Of a stretch of DNA of 64,000 nucleotides, positions 25,711 to 40,887 are shown piece by piece. This DNA is from Eledone cirrhosa. Its lineage: Eukaryota. Under the pieces are notes generated by a model. It ran no database searches and was not told where the DNA came from. It was given only the letters and a program-made list of their open reading frames with translations. Position 1 is the first letter of the stretch; each line of letters starts with the position of its first letter. The translations under genes and the position numbers were made by a program. The stretch is from contig OZ024742.1 in assembly GCA_964016885.1 (NCBI GenBank), positions 138,880,001-138,944,000 of the forward strand, given 5' to 3'.

Positions 25711-28700
25711 TACAACACCACTACAACCTAATACCACTATACTACCACTACCACTACAACACCACTACAACCTAATACCACTATACTACCACTATCACTA
25801 CAACAGAAAATAAAACCTAATACCACTATACTACAACTATCACTAAAACAGAAAATAAACCTAATACCACTATACTACCACTAACACTACAACTACAACC
25901 ACAACCTAATACCTCTATACTACCATCACTACAACAACCAATACAACCTAATACCACCACTACAACAACTACAACAACTACAACCGAATACTTCTATATT
26001 ACTACCACCACTTCAACCGAATATCTGTATACTACCACCACCACTACAACAACTACAACTACAACCTAATACCACTATACTACCACCACCGCTACAATCC
26101 AATACCACTATACTACTACCACCAATACAACAACAAAAGACCCAAATACCTCTATACTACCACCACCACTACAATAACCACTACAACCGAAAATCTGTAT
26201 GCTACTACCACCATTACAACAACAGCTACAACCTAATACCATTATGCTACCACTACCACTACAACAAGAGCTACAACCTAATACCACTATACTACCACTA
26301 CCACTACAACAACTATAACAACCTAATACCTCTATACTACCACTACCACTACAACAACAGCTACAACCTAATACCACTATACTACCACTACCACTACAAC
26401 AACAGCTACAACCTAATACCACTATACTACCACTACCACTACAACAACAGCTAGAACCTAATACCAATATACTACCACTACCACTACAACAACAGCTACA
26501 ACCTAATACCACTATACTACCACTACCACTACAACAACAGCTACAACCTAATACCTCTATACTACCAGTACCACTACAAGAACAGCTACAACCTAATACC
26601 ATTATACTACTACTACCACTACAACAACTATAACAACCTAATACCATTATACTACCACTACCACTACAACAACTATAACAACCTAATACCACTATACTAC
26701 CACTACCACTACAACAACAGCTAGAACCTAATACCACTATACTACCACTACCACTACAACAACAGCTACAACCTAATACCATTATACTACCACTACCACT
26801 ACAACAACTATAACAACCTAATACCTCTATACTACCACTACCACTACAACAACAGCTACAACCTAATACCACTATATTACCACTACCACTACAACAACAG
26901 CTAGAACCTAATACCACTATACTACCACTACCACTACAACAACAGCTACAACCTAATACCACTATACTACCACTACCACTACAACAACAGCTACAACCTA
27001 ATACCTCTATACTACCACTACAACAACAGCTACAACCTAATACCATTATACTACTACTAACACTACAACAACTATAACAACCTAATACCACTATACTACC
27101 ACTACCACTACAACAACAGCTACAACCTAATACCACTATATTACCACTACCACTACAACAACAGCTAGAACCTAATACCACTATACTACCACTACCACTA
27201 CAACAACAGCTACAACCTAATACCACTATACTACCACTACCACTACAACAACAGCTACAACCTAATACCACTATACTACCACTACCACTACAACAACAGC
27301 TACAACCTAATACCATTATACTACTACTAACACTACAACAACTATAACAACCTAATACCACTATACTACCACTACCACTACAACAACAGCTAGAACCTAA
27401 TACCACTATACTACCACTACCACTACAACAACAGCTACAACCTAATAACACTATACTACCACTACCACTACAACAACAGCTCCAACCTAATGCCACTATA
27501 CTACCACTACCACTACAACAACTATAACAACCTAATACCACTATACTACCACTACCACTACAACAACAGCTACAACCAAATACCACTATACTACCACTAC
27601 CACTACAACAACTATAACAACCTAATACCATTATACTACCACTACCACTACAACAACAGCTACAACCTAATACCACTATACTACCACTACCACTACAACA
27701 ACTATAACAACCTAATACCACTATACTACCACTACCACTACAACAACAGCTACAACCTAATACCACTATACTACCACTACCACTACAACAACTGTAACAA
27801 CCTAATACCATTATACTACCACTACCACTACAACAACAGCTACAACCTAATACCACTATACTACCACTACCACTACAACAACTATAACAACCTAATACCA
27901 CTATACTACCACTACCACTACAACAACTATAACAACCTAATACCACTATACTACCACTACCACTACAACAACTATAACAACCTAATACCTCTATACTACC
28001 ACTACCACTACAACAACTATAACAACCTAATACCACTATACTACCACTACCACTAAAACTATAACAACCTAATACCATTATACTACCACTACCACTACAA
28101 CAACTATAACAACCTAATACCACTATACAACCACTACCACTACAATAACAGCTAGAACCTAATACCACTATACTACCACTACCACTACAACAACAGCTAC
28201 AACCTGATACCACTATACTACCACTACCACTACAACAACAGCTACAACCTAATACCACTATACAACCACTACCACTACAACAACAGCTAGAACCTAATAC
28301 CACTATACTACCACTACCACTACAACAACAGCTACAACCTAATACCACTATACTACCACTACCACTACAACAACTATAACAACCTAATACCTCTATACTA
28401 CCACTACCACTACAACAACAGCTACAACCTAATGCCACTATACTACCACTACCACTACAACAACAGCTACAACCTAATACCTCTATACTACCACTACAAC
28501 AACAGCTACAACCTAATACCATTATACTACTACTAACACTACAACAACTATAACAACCTAATACCACTATACTACCACTACCACTACAACAACAGCTACA
28601 ACCTAATACCACTATATTACCACTACCACTACAACAACAGCTAGAACCTAATACCACTATACTACCACTACCACTACAACAACAGCTACAACCTAATACC

Positions 28701-31700
28701 ACTATACTACCACTACCACTACAACAACAGCTACAACCTAATACCACTATACTACCACTACCACTACAACAACAGCTACAACCTAATACCATTATACTAC
28801 TACTAACACTACAACAACTATAACAACCTAATACCACTATACTACCACTACCACTACAACAACAGCTAGAACCTAATACCACTATACTACCACTACCACT
28901 ACAACAACAGCTACAACCTAATAACACTATACTACCACTACCACTACAACAACAGCTCCAACCTAATGCCACTATACTACCACTACCACTACAACAACTA
29001 TAACAACCTAATACCACTATACTACCACTACCACTACAACAACAGCTACAACCAAATACCACTATACTACCACTACCACTACAACAACTATAACAACCTA
29101 ATACCATTATACTACCACTACCACTACAACAACAGCTACAACCTAATACCACTATACTACCACTACCACTACAACAACTATAACAACCTAATACCACTAT
29201 ACTACCACTACCACTACAACAACAGCTACAACCTAATACCACTATACTACCACTACCACTACAACAACTATAACAACCTAATACCATTATACTACCACTA
29301 CCACTACAACAACAGCTACAACCTAATACCACTATACTACCACTACCACTACAACAACTATAACAACCTAATACCACTATACTACCACTACCACTACAAC
29401 AACAGCTACAACCTAATACCACTATACTACCACTACCACTACAACAACTATAACAACCTAATACCATTATACTACCACTACCACTACAACAACAGCTACA
29501 ACCTAATACCACTATACTACCACTACCACTACAACAACTATAACAACCTAATACCACTATACTACCACTACCACTACAACAACAGCTACAACCTAATACC
29601 ACTATACTACCACTACCACTACAACAACAGCTACAACCTAATACCACTATACTACCACTACCACTAAAACAACTATAACAACCTAATACCTCTATACTAC
29701 CACTACCACTACAACAACTATAACAACTTAATACCTCTATACTACCACTACCACTACAACAACAGCTACAACCTAATACCATTATACTACCACTACCACT
29801 ACAACAACTCTAACAACCTAATACCATTATACTACCACTACCACTACAAGAACAGCTACAACCTAATACCACTATACTACCACTACCACTACAACAACAG
29901 CTACAACCTAATACCACTACACTACCACTACCACTACAATAACTATAACAACCTAATACCACTATACTACCACTACCACTACAACAACTCTAACAACCTA
30001 ATACCACTATACTACCACTACCACTACAACAACTATAACAACCTAATACCTCTATACTACCACTACCACTACAACAACTATAACAACCTAATACCTCTAT
30101 ACTACCACTACCACTACAACAACAGCTACAACCTAATAACACTATACTACCACTACCACTACAACAACAGCTACAACCTAATACCACTATACTACCACTA
30201 TCACTACAACAACTATAACAACCTAATACCTCTATACTACCACTACCACTACAACAACAGCTACAACCTAATACCACTATACTACCACTACCACTACAAC
30301 AACAGCTACAACCTAATACCACTATACTACCACTACCACTACAACAACTATAACAACCTAATACCTCTATACTACCACTACCACTACAACAACAGCTACA
30401 ACCTAATACCACTATACTACCACTACCACTACAACAACTATAACAACCTAATACCTCTATACTACCACTACCACTACAACAACAGCTACAACCTAATACC
30501 ACTATATTACCACTACCACTACAGCTAGAACCTAATACCACTATACTACCACTACCACTACAACAACAGCTACAACCTAATACCACTATACTACCACTAC
30601 CACTACAACAACAGCTACAACCTAATACCTCTATACTACCACTACCACTACAACAACAGCTACAATCTAATACCATTATACTACTACTAACACTACAACA
30701 ACTATAACAACCTAATACCACTATACTACCACTACCACTACAACAACAGCTAGAACCTAATACCACTATACTACCACTACCACTACAACAACAGCTACAA
30801 CCTAATACCATTATACTACCACTACCACTACAACAACTATAACAACCTAATACCTCTATACTACCACTACCACTACAACAACAGCTCCAACCTAATGCCA
30901 CTATACTACCACTACCACTACAACAACAGCTACAACCAAATACCACTATACTACCACTACCACTACAACAACTATAACAACCTAATACCATTATACTACC
31001 ACTACCACTACAACAACAGCTACAACCTAATACCACTATACTACCACTACCACTACAACAACTATAACAACCTAATACCACTATACTACCACTACCACTA
31101 CAACAACAGCTACAACCTAATACCACTATACTACCACTACCACAACTGTAACAACCTAATACCATTATACTACCACTACCACTACAACAACAGCTACAAC
31201 CTAATACCACTATACTACCACTACCACTACAACAACTATAACAACCTAATACCACTATACTACCACTACCACTACAACAACTATAACAACCTAATACCAC
31301 TATACTACCACTACCACTACAACAACTATAACAACCTAATACCTCTATACTACCACTACCACTACAACAACTATAACAACCTAATACCACTATACTACCA
31401 CTACCACTAAAACTATAACAACCTAATACCATTATACTACCACTACCACTACAACAACTATAACAACCTAATACCACTATACAACCACTACCACTACAAC
31501 AACAGCTAGAACCTAATACCACTATACTACCACTACCACTACAACAACAGCTACAACCTAATACCATTATACTACCACTACCACTACAACAACTATAACA
31601 ACCTAATACCTCTATACTACCACTACCACTACAACAACAGCTACAACCTAATGCCACTATACTACCACTACCACTACAACAACAGCTACAACCAAATACC

Positions 31701-34370
31701 ACTATACTACCACTACCACTACAACAACTATAACAACCTAATACCATTATACTACCACTACCACTACAACAACAGCTACAACCTAATACCACTATACTAC
31801 CACTACCACTACAACAACTATAACAACCTAATACCACTATACTACCACTACCACTACAACAACAGCTACAACCTAATACCACTATACTACCACTACCACT
31901 ACAACAACTATAACAACCTAATACCATTATACTACCACTACCACTACAACAACAGCTACAACCTAATACCACTATACTACCACTACCACTACAACAACTA
32001 TAACAACCTAATACCACTATACTACCACTACCACTACAACAACAGCTACAACCTAATACCACTATACTACCACTACCACTACAACAACTATAACAACCTA
32101 ATACCTCTATACTACCACTACCACTACAACAACTATAACAACCTAATACCACTATACTACCACTACCACTAAAACTATAACAACCTAATACCATTATACT
32201 ACCACTACCACTACAACAACAGCTACAACCTAATACCACTATACTACCACTACCACTACAACAACAGCTACAACCTAATACCATTATACTACCAGTACCA
32301 CTAAAACAACTATAACAACCTAATACCTCTATACTACCACTACCACTACAACAACTCTAACAACCTAATACCATTATACTACCACTACCACTACAAGAAC
32401 AGCTACAACCTAATACCACTATACTACCACTACCACTACAACAACAGCTACAACCTAATACCACTACACTACCACTACCACTACAATAACTATAACAACC
32501 TAATACCATTATACTACCACTACCACTACAACAACTATAACAACCTAATACCTCTATACTACCACTACCACTACAACAACTATAACAACCTAATACCACT
32601 ATACTACCACTACCACTACAACAACTCTAACAACCTAATACCACTATACTACCACTACCACTACAACAACTATAACAACCTAATACCTCTATACTACCAC
32701 TACCACTACAACAACTATAACAACCTAATACCTCTATACTACCACTACCACTACAACAACAGCTACAACCTAATAACACTATACTACCACTACCACTACA
32801 ACAACAGCTACAACCTAATACCACTATACTACCACTATCACTACAACAACTATAACAACCTAATACCTCTATACTACCACTACCACTACAACAACAGCTA
32901 CAACCTAATACCACTATACTACCACTACCACTACAACAACAGCTACAACCTAATACCACTATACTACCACTACCACTACAACAACTATAACAACCTAATA
33001 CCTCTATACTACCACTACCACTACAACAACAGCTACAACCTAATACCACTATACTACCACTACCACTACAACAACTATAACAACCTAATACCTCTATACT
33101 ACCACTACCACTACAACAACAGCTACAACCTAATACCACTATACTACCACTACCACTACAACAACAGCTACAACCTAATACCACTATACTACCACTACCA
33201 CTACAACAACAGCTACAACCTAATACCACTATACTACCACTACCACTACAACAACAGCTACAACCTAATACCACTATACTACCACTACCACTACAACAAC
33301 AGCTACAACCTAATACCATTATACTACCACTACCACTACAACAACTCTAACAACCTAATACCACTATACTACCACTACCACTACAACAACTATAACAACC
33401 TAATACCTCTATACTACCACTACCACTACAACAGCTACAACCTAATACCTCTATACTACCACTACCACTACAACAACAGCTACAACCTAATACCTCTATA
33501 CTACCACTACCACTACAACAACAGCTACAACCTAATACCACTATACTACCACTACCACTACAACAACAGCTACAACCTAATACCTCTATACTACCACTAC
33601 CACTACAACAACAGCTACAACCTAATACCACTATACTACCACTACCACTACAACAACAGCTACAACCTAATACCACTATACTACCACTACCACTACAACA
33701 ACAGCTACAACCTAATATCTCTATACTACCACTACCACTATAACAACAGCTACAACCTAATACCACTATACTACCACTACCACTACAACAACAGCTACAA
33801 CCTAATACCACTATACTACCACTACCACTACAACAACAGCTACAACCTAATACCTCTATACTACCACTACCACTATAACAACAGCTACAACCTAATACCA
33901 CTATACTACCACTACCACTACAACAACAGCTACAACCTAATACCACTATACTACCACTACCACTACAACAACTATAACAACCTAATACCTCTATACTACC
34001 ACTACCACTACAACAACTATAACAACCTAATACCTCTATACTACCACTACCACTACAACAACAGCTACAGCCTAATACCATTATACTACCACTACCACTA
34101 CAACAACAGCTACAACCTAATACCACTATACTACCACTACCACTACAACAACTATAACAACCTAATACCTCTATACTACCACTCAGGGACGTCTTAACAG
34201 CATTATAGGCCCCCGGGCAAAGCAGAGCACTGGGGCCCCTTCCTACACAACCACTCAGGGAAATAAAAATACAAATGGCCCCCTATCCTCGTGGGGCCCC
34301 CGGGCAACTGCCCAGCGTACCTACGCGTTAAGACGGCTCTGCTACCACTACCACTACAACAACTACGTGC
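25711..34370. repeat. 45-bp minisatellite array (~180 units) with higher-order structure
   Basis: Unit caacctaataccactatactaccactaccactacaacaacagcta (variant …caactataa). Homogeneous over ~26200-34183 with a degenerate left edge. Confidence 0.97.
34184..34341. mobile_element. hAT-type MITE (158 bp) with 8-bp TSD
   Basis: TIRs cagggacgtcttaac / gttaagacggctctg. TSD ctaccact at 34176-34183 and 34342-34349. Removing the element and one TSD restores a normal repeat unit. Confidence 0.85.
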
Positions 34371-34420
34371 CTAAAGTAGAAACAATTATTAGTGAGGTTC
34401 ATATTAATTCAACATGGAAT

Positions 34421-35169
34421 TAATAATTGTTTCTACTTTAGGCACAAGGCCAGCAATTATCCAGTGCATTACTGGTACTTTATTTTATCGACCCCGTAAG
34501 GATGAAAGGCAAAGTTAACCTCGGCGGGATTTGAACTCAGATGAATTAATAATAGTATTACTGTTGCATGATGATTGATAACTAGCATCCTTACGGGGTC
34601 GATAAAATAAAGTACCAGTAATACACTGAGGGTTATTGCTGGCCTTGTGCAATTATTAGACTCTTATTTTCCACACACGAAAGCAAAATAAAAAAAAACA
34701 TGCCAGATCACCAACCCATCGTGGGAAAGAGTCATTTTTGACACGTTGACCTGAAGAAATGGGAGAAAGAATGAACTTCCGTCGGTTTCGACGAGGAGCT
34801 GCTCTAGTTATTCGATCAACGAAAACAGTTAGCTCATGAAATTAACATGTATGTGGTCGGGCATTCCACATACACTAGTACACATGAAGGAATTCTCATG
34901 GAGATTCACGGTGATACAGTGTTTGACAAGTGTATTACTGGTACTTTATTTTATCGACCCCGTAAGGATGAAAGGCAAAGTTAACCTCAGCGGGATTTGA
35001 GAATGCTAGTTATCAATCATCATGCAACAGTAATACTATTATTAATTCATCTGAGTTCAAATCCCGCCGAGGTTAACTTTGCCTTTCATCCTTACGGGGT
35101 CGATAAAATAAAGTACCAGTAATACACTGGGTATTTGCTGGCCTTGTGCCTAAAGTAGAAACAATTATT
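34421..35169. repeat. Inverted duplication of a SINE-spacer-SINE composite
   Basis: 34421-34629 is the reverse complement of 34929-35169, including a non-SINE ~48-nt segment (atgaattaataatagtattactgttgcatgatgattgataactagcat). Confidence 0.85.
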
Positions 35170-35181
35170 TTAGCTGGCACA

Positions 35182-35482
35182 TATACTACTGCTACTGCTA
35201 CTGCTATTGCTGCTGTTATTGCTGTTGCTACTGCTGCTGCGGCTGTTGCTACTACTACTACTACTGCTACTACTACTGCTGCTGCTACTACTACTGCTAC
35301 TACTACTGCTACTGCTACTGCTGCTACTACTACTGCTACTGCTGTTGCTGCTGTTGCTACTGCTGCTGCGGCTGTTGCTACTACTACTACTACTGCTACT
35401 ACTACTACTACTGCTACTACTACTGCTACTGCTACTGCTATTACTGCTGTTGCTGCTGTTGCTACTGCTGCTGCGGCTGTTG

Positions 35483-35514
<32 letters not shown>

Positions 35515-35965
35515 GCTGCTACTGCTACTGCTACTGCTATTGCTGCTGTTGTTGCTGTTGCTACTGCTGCTGTGGCTGTTGCTACTACTACTACTACTGC
35601 TACTACTACTACTACTACTGCTACTACTACTACTACTACTACTGCTACTACTACTACTGCTGCTACTACTACTGCTACTGCTATTACTGCTGTTGCTGCT
35701 GTTGCTACTACTACTACTGCTGCTACTATTACTACTACTACTACTGCTACTACTACTGCTGCTGCTGCTACTACTACTACTACTGCCTCTACTACTACTA
35801 CTACTACTACTACCATTACTACTAGTACTATAACTACATCTGATACTACTACTACTGCTGCTACTACTGCTACTACTACTACTGCTGCTACTACTACTAC
35901 TACTACTACTACTACTGCTGCTGCTACTACTGCTACTACTGCTGCTGCTGTTGCTGCTGTTGCAT

Positions 35966-36005
<40 letters not shown>

Positions 36006-36019
36006 AGCTGCTGTTGCAT

Positions 36020-36068
<49 letters not shown>

Positions 36069-36294
36069 CATTACTACTAGTACTATAACGACAGCTGATA
36101 CTACTACTACTGCTGTGGCTACTACTACTACTGCTGCTACTACTACTACTACTACTGCTGCTACTACTGTTACTACTGCTACTACTGCTGCTGCTATTAC
36201 TACTACTACTGCTGCTGCTGCTGCTACTGCTACTTCTACGGTTGCTGCTACTACTGCTACTACTACTGCTCCTGTTACTGCTACTACAACAATA

Positions 36295-36326
<32 letters not shown>

Positions 36327-36590
36327 CATTACTACTAGTACTATAACTACAGCTGATACTACTACTACTGCTACTACTACTGCTGCTGCTACTACTGCTA
36401 CTACTACTACTGCTGCTACTACTACTACTACTACTACTACTGCTGCTGCTACTACTGCTACTACTGCTACTACTACTGCTGCTGCTATTACTACTACTAC
36501 TGCTGTTGCTACTACTGCTACTACTACGGCTGCTACTACTACTGCTATTACTACTGCTGCTGCTACTGCTACTACTACTACAACTCCTAC
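35182..36590. repeat. Compound (ACT/GCT)n trinucleotide tract
   Basis: Read directly from the sequence. Confidence 0.95.
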
Positions 36591-36764
36591 ACCTATTATA
36601 TTTGCCGCCACCACCATCATGATCACCACCATCACTTCTACGAAATCACCCAATTTTCAAGAAATAGGAGTCAAATCACCCTCATATCAAACCTCGTGTC
36701 TTTGAAAAAACGGAAGAATACGTTAGATAATGTATGATTCGATATAATATGCTTCAAGAGCGAC

Positions 36765-37253
36765 AAATTGGCAATATCGGTAGAGCGCCGGACAACATGC
36801 TTTGCAGCATATTGTCACGTGCCTTTACGTTGAAATCGATAAAATCCCGCCGATGTTAGCTTTGCCTTTCATCCTTACGGGATCGATAAAATATAGTACC
36901 AGTAATACACTGGAGCTGATTTAATGGTTTCCTTCTTCGCCAAAATTGTTGGCACTGTGCCTAAATCAAAAACCAATATAATGTGCTCCAACAAAAGATA
37001 CGGTATGGTCACAGCCGGATGACTTTAATAATATAACGATTTCTAGTATAGGTACAAGGCCAGTAATTTAGGGAGAGGGGAAAGTGGATTAAATCGACCC
37101 CAGTGCGTGACTGGTACTTTATTTTATCCACCCCGTAAGGATGAAAGGTAAAGTTAACTGCGGCGGGATTTGAGCTCAGATAATAAAGGGCCGTAACCCT
37201 ATACTGAAAAGCATGGCGTCCGACCCTCTACTTATACTGCCAATCCACCGCCC
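36765..37253. mobile_element. Tail-to-tail inverted pair of major-family SINEs
   Basis: + copy at ~36765-36980 and - copy at ~37035-37253. Confidence 0.8.
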
Positions 37254-37295
37254 CTTGATGACTTTAATAATATAACAACACGTAATATCAAAGTC

Positions 37296-37776
37296 ACAAC
37301 AACTGCCACTATTGGCAATACGTTACAACACAACTGCCACTATTGGCAATACGTTACAACACAACTGCCACTATTGGCAATACGTTACAACACTACTGCC
37401 ACTATTGGCAATACGTTACAACACTACTGCCACTATTGGCAATACGTTACAACACTACTGTCACTATTGGCAATACGTTACAACACAACTGCCACTATTG
37501 GCAATACGTTACAACACAACTGCCACTATTGGCAATACGTTACAACACTACTGCCACTATTGGCAATACGTTACAACACAACTGCCACTATTGGCAATAC
37601 GTTACAACACAACTGCCACTATTGGCAATACGTTACAACACAACTGCCACTATTGGCAATACGTTACAACACAACTGCCACTATTGGCAATACGTTACAA
37701 CACTACTGCCACTATTGGCAATACGTTACAACACTACTGCCACTATTGGCAATACGTTACAACACTACTGCCACTA
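37296..37776. repeat. 31-bp minisatellite (~15 units) with internal hairpin
   Basis: Unit acaacacaactgccactattggcaatacgtt, with the hairpin TGCCA-ctat-TGGCA. Confidence 0.95.
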
Positions 37777-37789
37777 CACCCATCACCTA

Positions 37790-38657
37790 AAAAAACAATA
37801 GCATCAACAACATTAGCAACAACAACAAAAACAACAATAGCAAAAACAACAGCAACATCAACAACAATAGCAACAACAATAACAACAACAGCAATAGCAT
37901 CAACAACTGTAAAATCAATAGCATCAACAATAATTACAACAATAGCAAAAACAACAGCATCAATAACATTAGTAACAACAGCTGTACCAACAGCAGCATC
38001 CACAACAGCATCAACAACAATAAAAACAACAATAACAACAACAGCATCAAAAACTGCATTAACAACAATAGCAACAACAATAACAACAACAGCAATAGCA
38101 TCAACAATAACAACAATAGCAGCAAGAACAACAATAGCAACAATAGCAACAATAGCAGCAACAACAACAACAATAGCAACAACGGCTGCAACAACAACAA
38201 CAACAAAGTAACAACAACAATAGCAACAACAGAAGCATCAACAACAATAGCAACAACAACAACAGCAACAACAGCAACAACAATAGCAACAATAGCAACA
38301 ACAACAATAGCAACAACAGCAGCAACAACAACAATAGCAACAACAACAGCAACAACAACAATAGCAACAACAGCAACAACAACAGCAACAACAACAACAA
38401 TAGCAACAACATCAACAACAACAACAGCAAAAACAACAGCAGCAACAACAACAGCAACAACAACGGCCATAGCAACAACAGCAACAACAACAAAGTATCA
38501 ACAACGGCAGCAACAACAACAACAATAACAACAACAACAGCAACAGCAACAACAACAATATCAACAACAGCAGCAACAATAGCAACAGTAGCAACAAAAG
38601 TGGCAACAACAATAGCAAGAATAGCAACAACAGCAGCCATAACAACAACAACAACAA

Positions 38658-38688
<31 letters not shown>

Positions 38689-39285
38689 AACAGCAGTATC
38701 AACAACAATAGCAACAACAACAGCAACAACAAAGTATCAACAACAGCAACAACAACAACAGCAACAACAACAACGACGACGACGACGACGACGACAACAA
38801 CAACAGCAGCATCAACAGCAGCAACAACAACAACAACAACAACAACAACAGCAACAACAGTAGCATCAACAACAATAGCAACAACAGCAACAACAAAGCA
38901 TCAACAACAGCAACAACAACAACAACAACAGCAACAACAGCAGCATCAACAACAGCAGCAGCAACAACAACAATAGCAACAGCAACAACAAAAATAGCAA
39001 CAGGAACAACAGCAGTATCAACAACAGCAGCCTCAACAACAATAGCAACAACAACAGCAACAACAAAGTATCAACAACAGCAACAACAACAACAGCAACA
39101 ACAGCAGTATCAACAACAGCAGCATCAACAACAGCAGCAACAACAACAATAGCAACAGCAACAACAACATCAACAACAATAGCAACAACAACAATAGCAA
39201 CAGGAACACCAGCAGTATCAACAACAGCAGCATCAACAACAATAGCAACAACAACAGCAACAACAAAGTATCAACAATAGCGCAT
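37790..39285. repeat. Compound (ACA/GCA)n trinucleotide tract
   Basis: Read directly from the sequence. Confidence 0.95.
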
Positions 39286-39484
39286 ATACAATAGAAACAG
39301 CAGCAGTTTCCACAACAATAACGACTCCTAATGCCAAAACCACAACTGCTAATGACAACGCAGCACCACTACCCCCACACCTACCAACATATAACGTAAC
39401 AACCATAAAATCGCCCACCTTTATTTAATTCCTTCATTTCCTCCACCCTCTTTCTCTCAAACTCTCTCTCTCTCTCTATCTAGT

Positions 39485-39865
39485 TATTCCTTCTTTAAGT
39501 ATCACTTTAGAAGGAGAATCAGAGTGGAGAGAGAGGCACTGCACCCCAGTAAATTTACTGAAAAGTGGGTGAATGAAGCGAAAATGGCCCGAGTGATTGG
39601 CCCTTCTCTGTTTATAAGCCTGTAGGTTAAAGAAAAGAGCAAAGGAAAGAAAGGGGCACTTGCACAACATGCTCCTGGAGTTGAGGGTTGTTCTATCGAC
39701 GGGGTATTAAACAACCCATTTGTGGTGCCTCCCCCCTATTGGGGATTTCGATTGTTATAATTGTTTGTTTCAATATTTTTACACGACTGTATGTAAAATC
39801 CCCGGCATGTGTCTTTGTTTTGTCCCCTTTTCTTGTGCGCCCTTGTGGCAAATAAATAAATATAT
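39485..39865 (+). mobile_element. Tx1 3' fragment (5'-truncated)
   Basis: FFKYHFRRRIRVERE…KWVNEAKMARV plus a 3'UTR ending cccttgtggcaaataaa. Confidence 0.85.
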
Positions 39866-40098
39866 CTTAGTCAACCTAATAAAGAAAGATATCTTAGTCA
39901 ACCTATCTTTCTATCTATAAATCTATCTATCTATCTATCTATCTATTTACATAATCTAGCTGTCGTCTGTTCGATAGCGTAGACGTAATTCACTTCGCGC
40001 AGAAGTTTTGTTCCAATTTATTGCGGAAATTTTGTAAGTTTAATTTTAATTTTGATACTATTGTGTAGCTTGACCCCCCCCGTCTGAACTGTCAGGCG

Positions 40099-40854
40099 GT
40101 GGGTCAGCTCATGTTCGCCCCTCCCAACCCCTCACTCAATAAAACAACACAACCACCGCAGCCACAACACACAACACAGTCTAACATAGTGACATCCATC
40201 TCCCCCACAAAGAAAACTAACACGGAAACATTACCAGCAAACATACCTCTTTCCTCCAACACTGAAGATAACCGAACGAATTCGGAGGAAGAAACGGAAT
40301 CCTTCAGACAGATTAAAAGGAAAAAAAGAAAACATGTGCAAAACACACAAGGCCAAACAGCCCCTACCCAAATGTCAACACAATCCAACAAAACACAAAA
40401 CCCCCCTCCAGCAACATACAAAACCAAACCTGCCCCTCCCCTCTTCGAAACACTCACACCATCCGAAAAAAAGACATTACACTATACTTACATCAACAGA
40501 AACAATAATAAATTAAATGAACTCATAAACAATAATCCTTCGGTACAAACCGAAGGTGTAAACTTTGTTTCTTCAGAAAGCTACCCACATTTAAAATTAA
40601 TAAAGATCCCAATGAACCTCTACCAAAAACTAAAAAAGGATTTTAAGGAGGACGTAGGACCACCCTCTGTCAAACCCATAAACCGCGTCCTCCTAAAAAG
40701 CTTTCTCCCTCCCCTTCCCCTCCCCAACACAACTCCAAACACCCCAACCCCACCACACACTGATGACCCCACACCACCACAAGACACCCCTTCATCCAAC
40801 ACCCCCGACCCCATGGAAGTCGTGCGACCCGAACCCCGGGAAGCAGAAAGGTAG
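40099..40854 (+). pseudogene. Tx1 ORF1 C-terminal part only
   Basis: Pro/Thr-rich and resembles the ORF1 C-termini of copies 1 and 2 (…PMEV…). Lacks the zinc knuckle region. Confidence 0.6.
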
Positions 40855-40887
40855 ATCTCTACACTCTCCTTTGGCTTTGCCGCCCAC

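Noticed and set aside
26108-34126. Long Cys-rich keratin-associated-like and YYHYH ORFs as real genes
   Set aside because: They are translations of a 45-bp satellite with sporadic stops, no unique N- or C-terminus and no splice evidence.
34748-34790. CTGAAGA…GAAA motif
   Set aside because: No helix II and no valid UH cleavage site.
35146-36705. Thr/Ala-rich mucin or antifreeze-glycoprotein-like CDS
   Set aside because: The ORF starts at a non-ATG codon inside a SINE and has no signal peptide. (ACT/GCT)n is stop-free by construction and lacks regular Ala-Ala-Thr periodicity.
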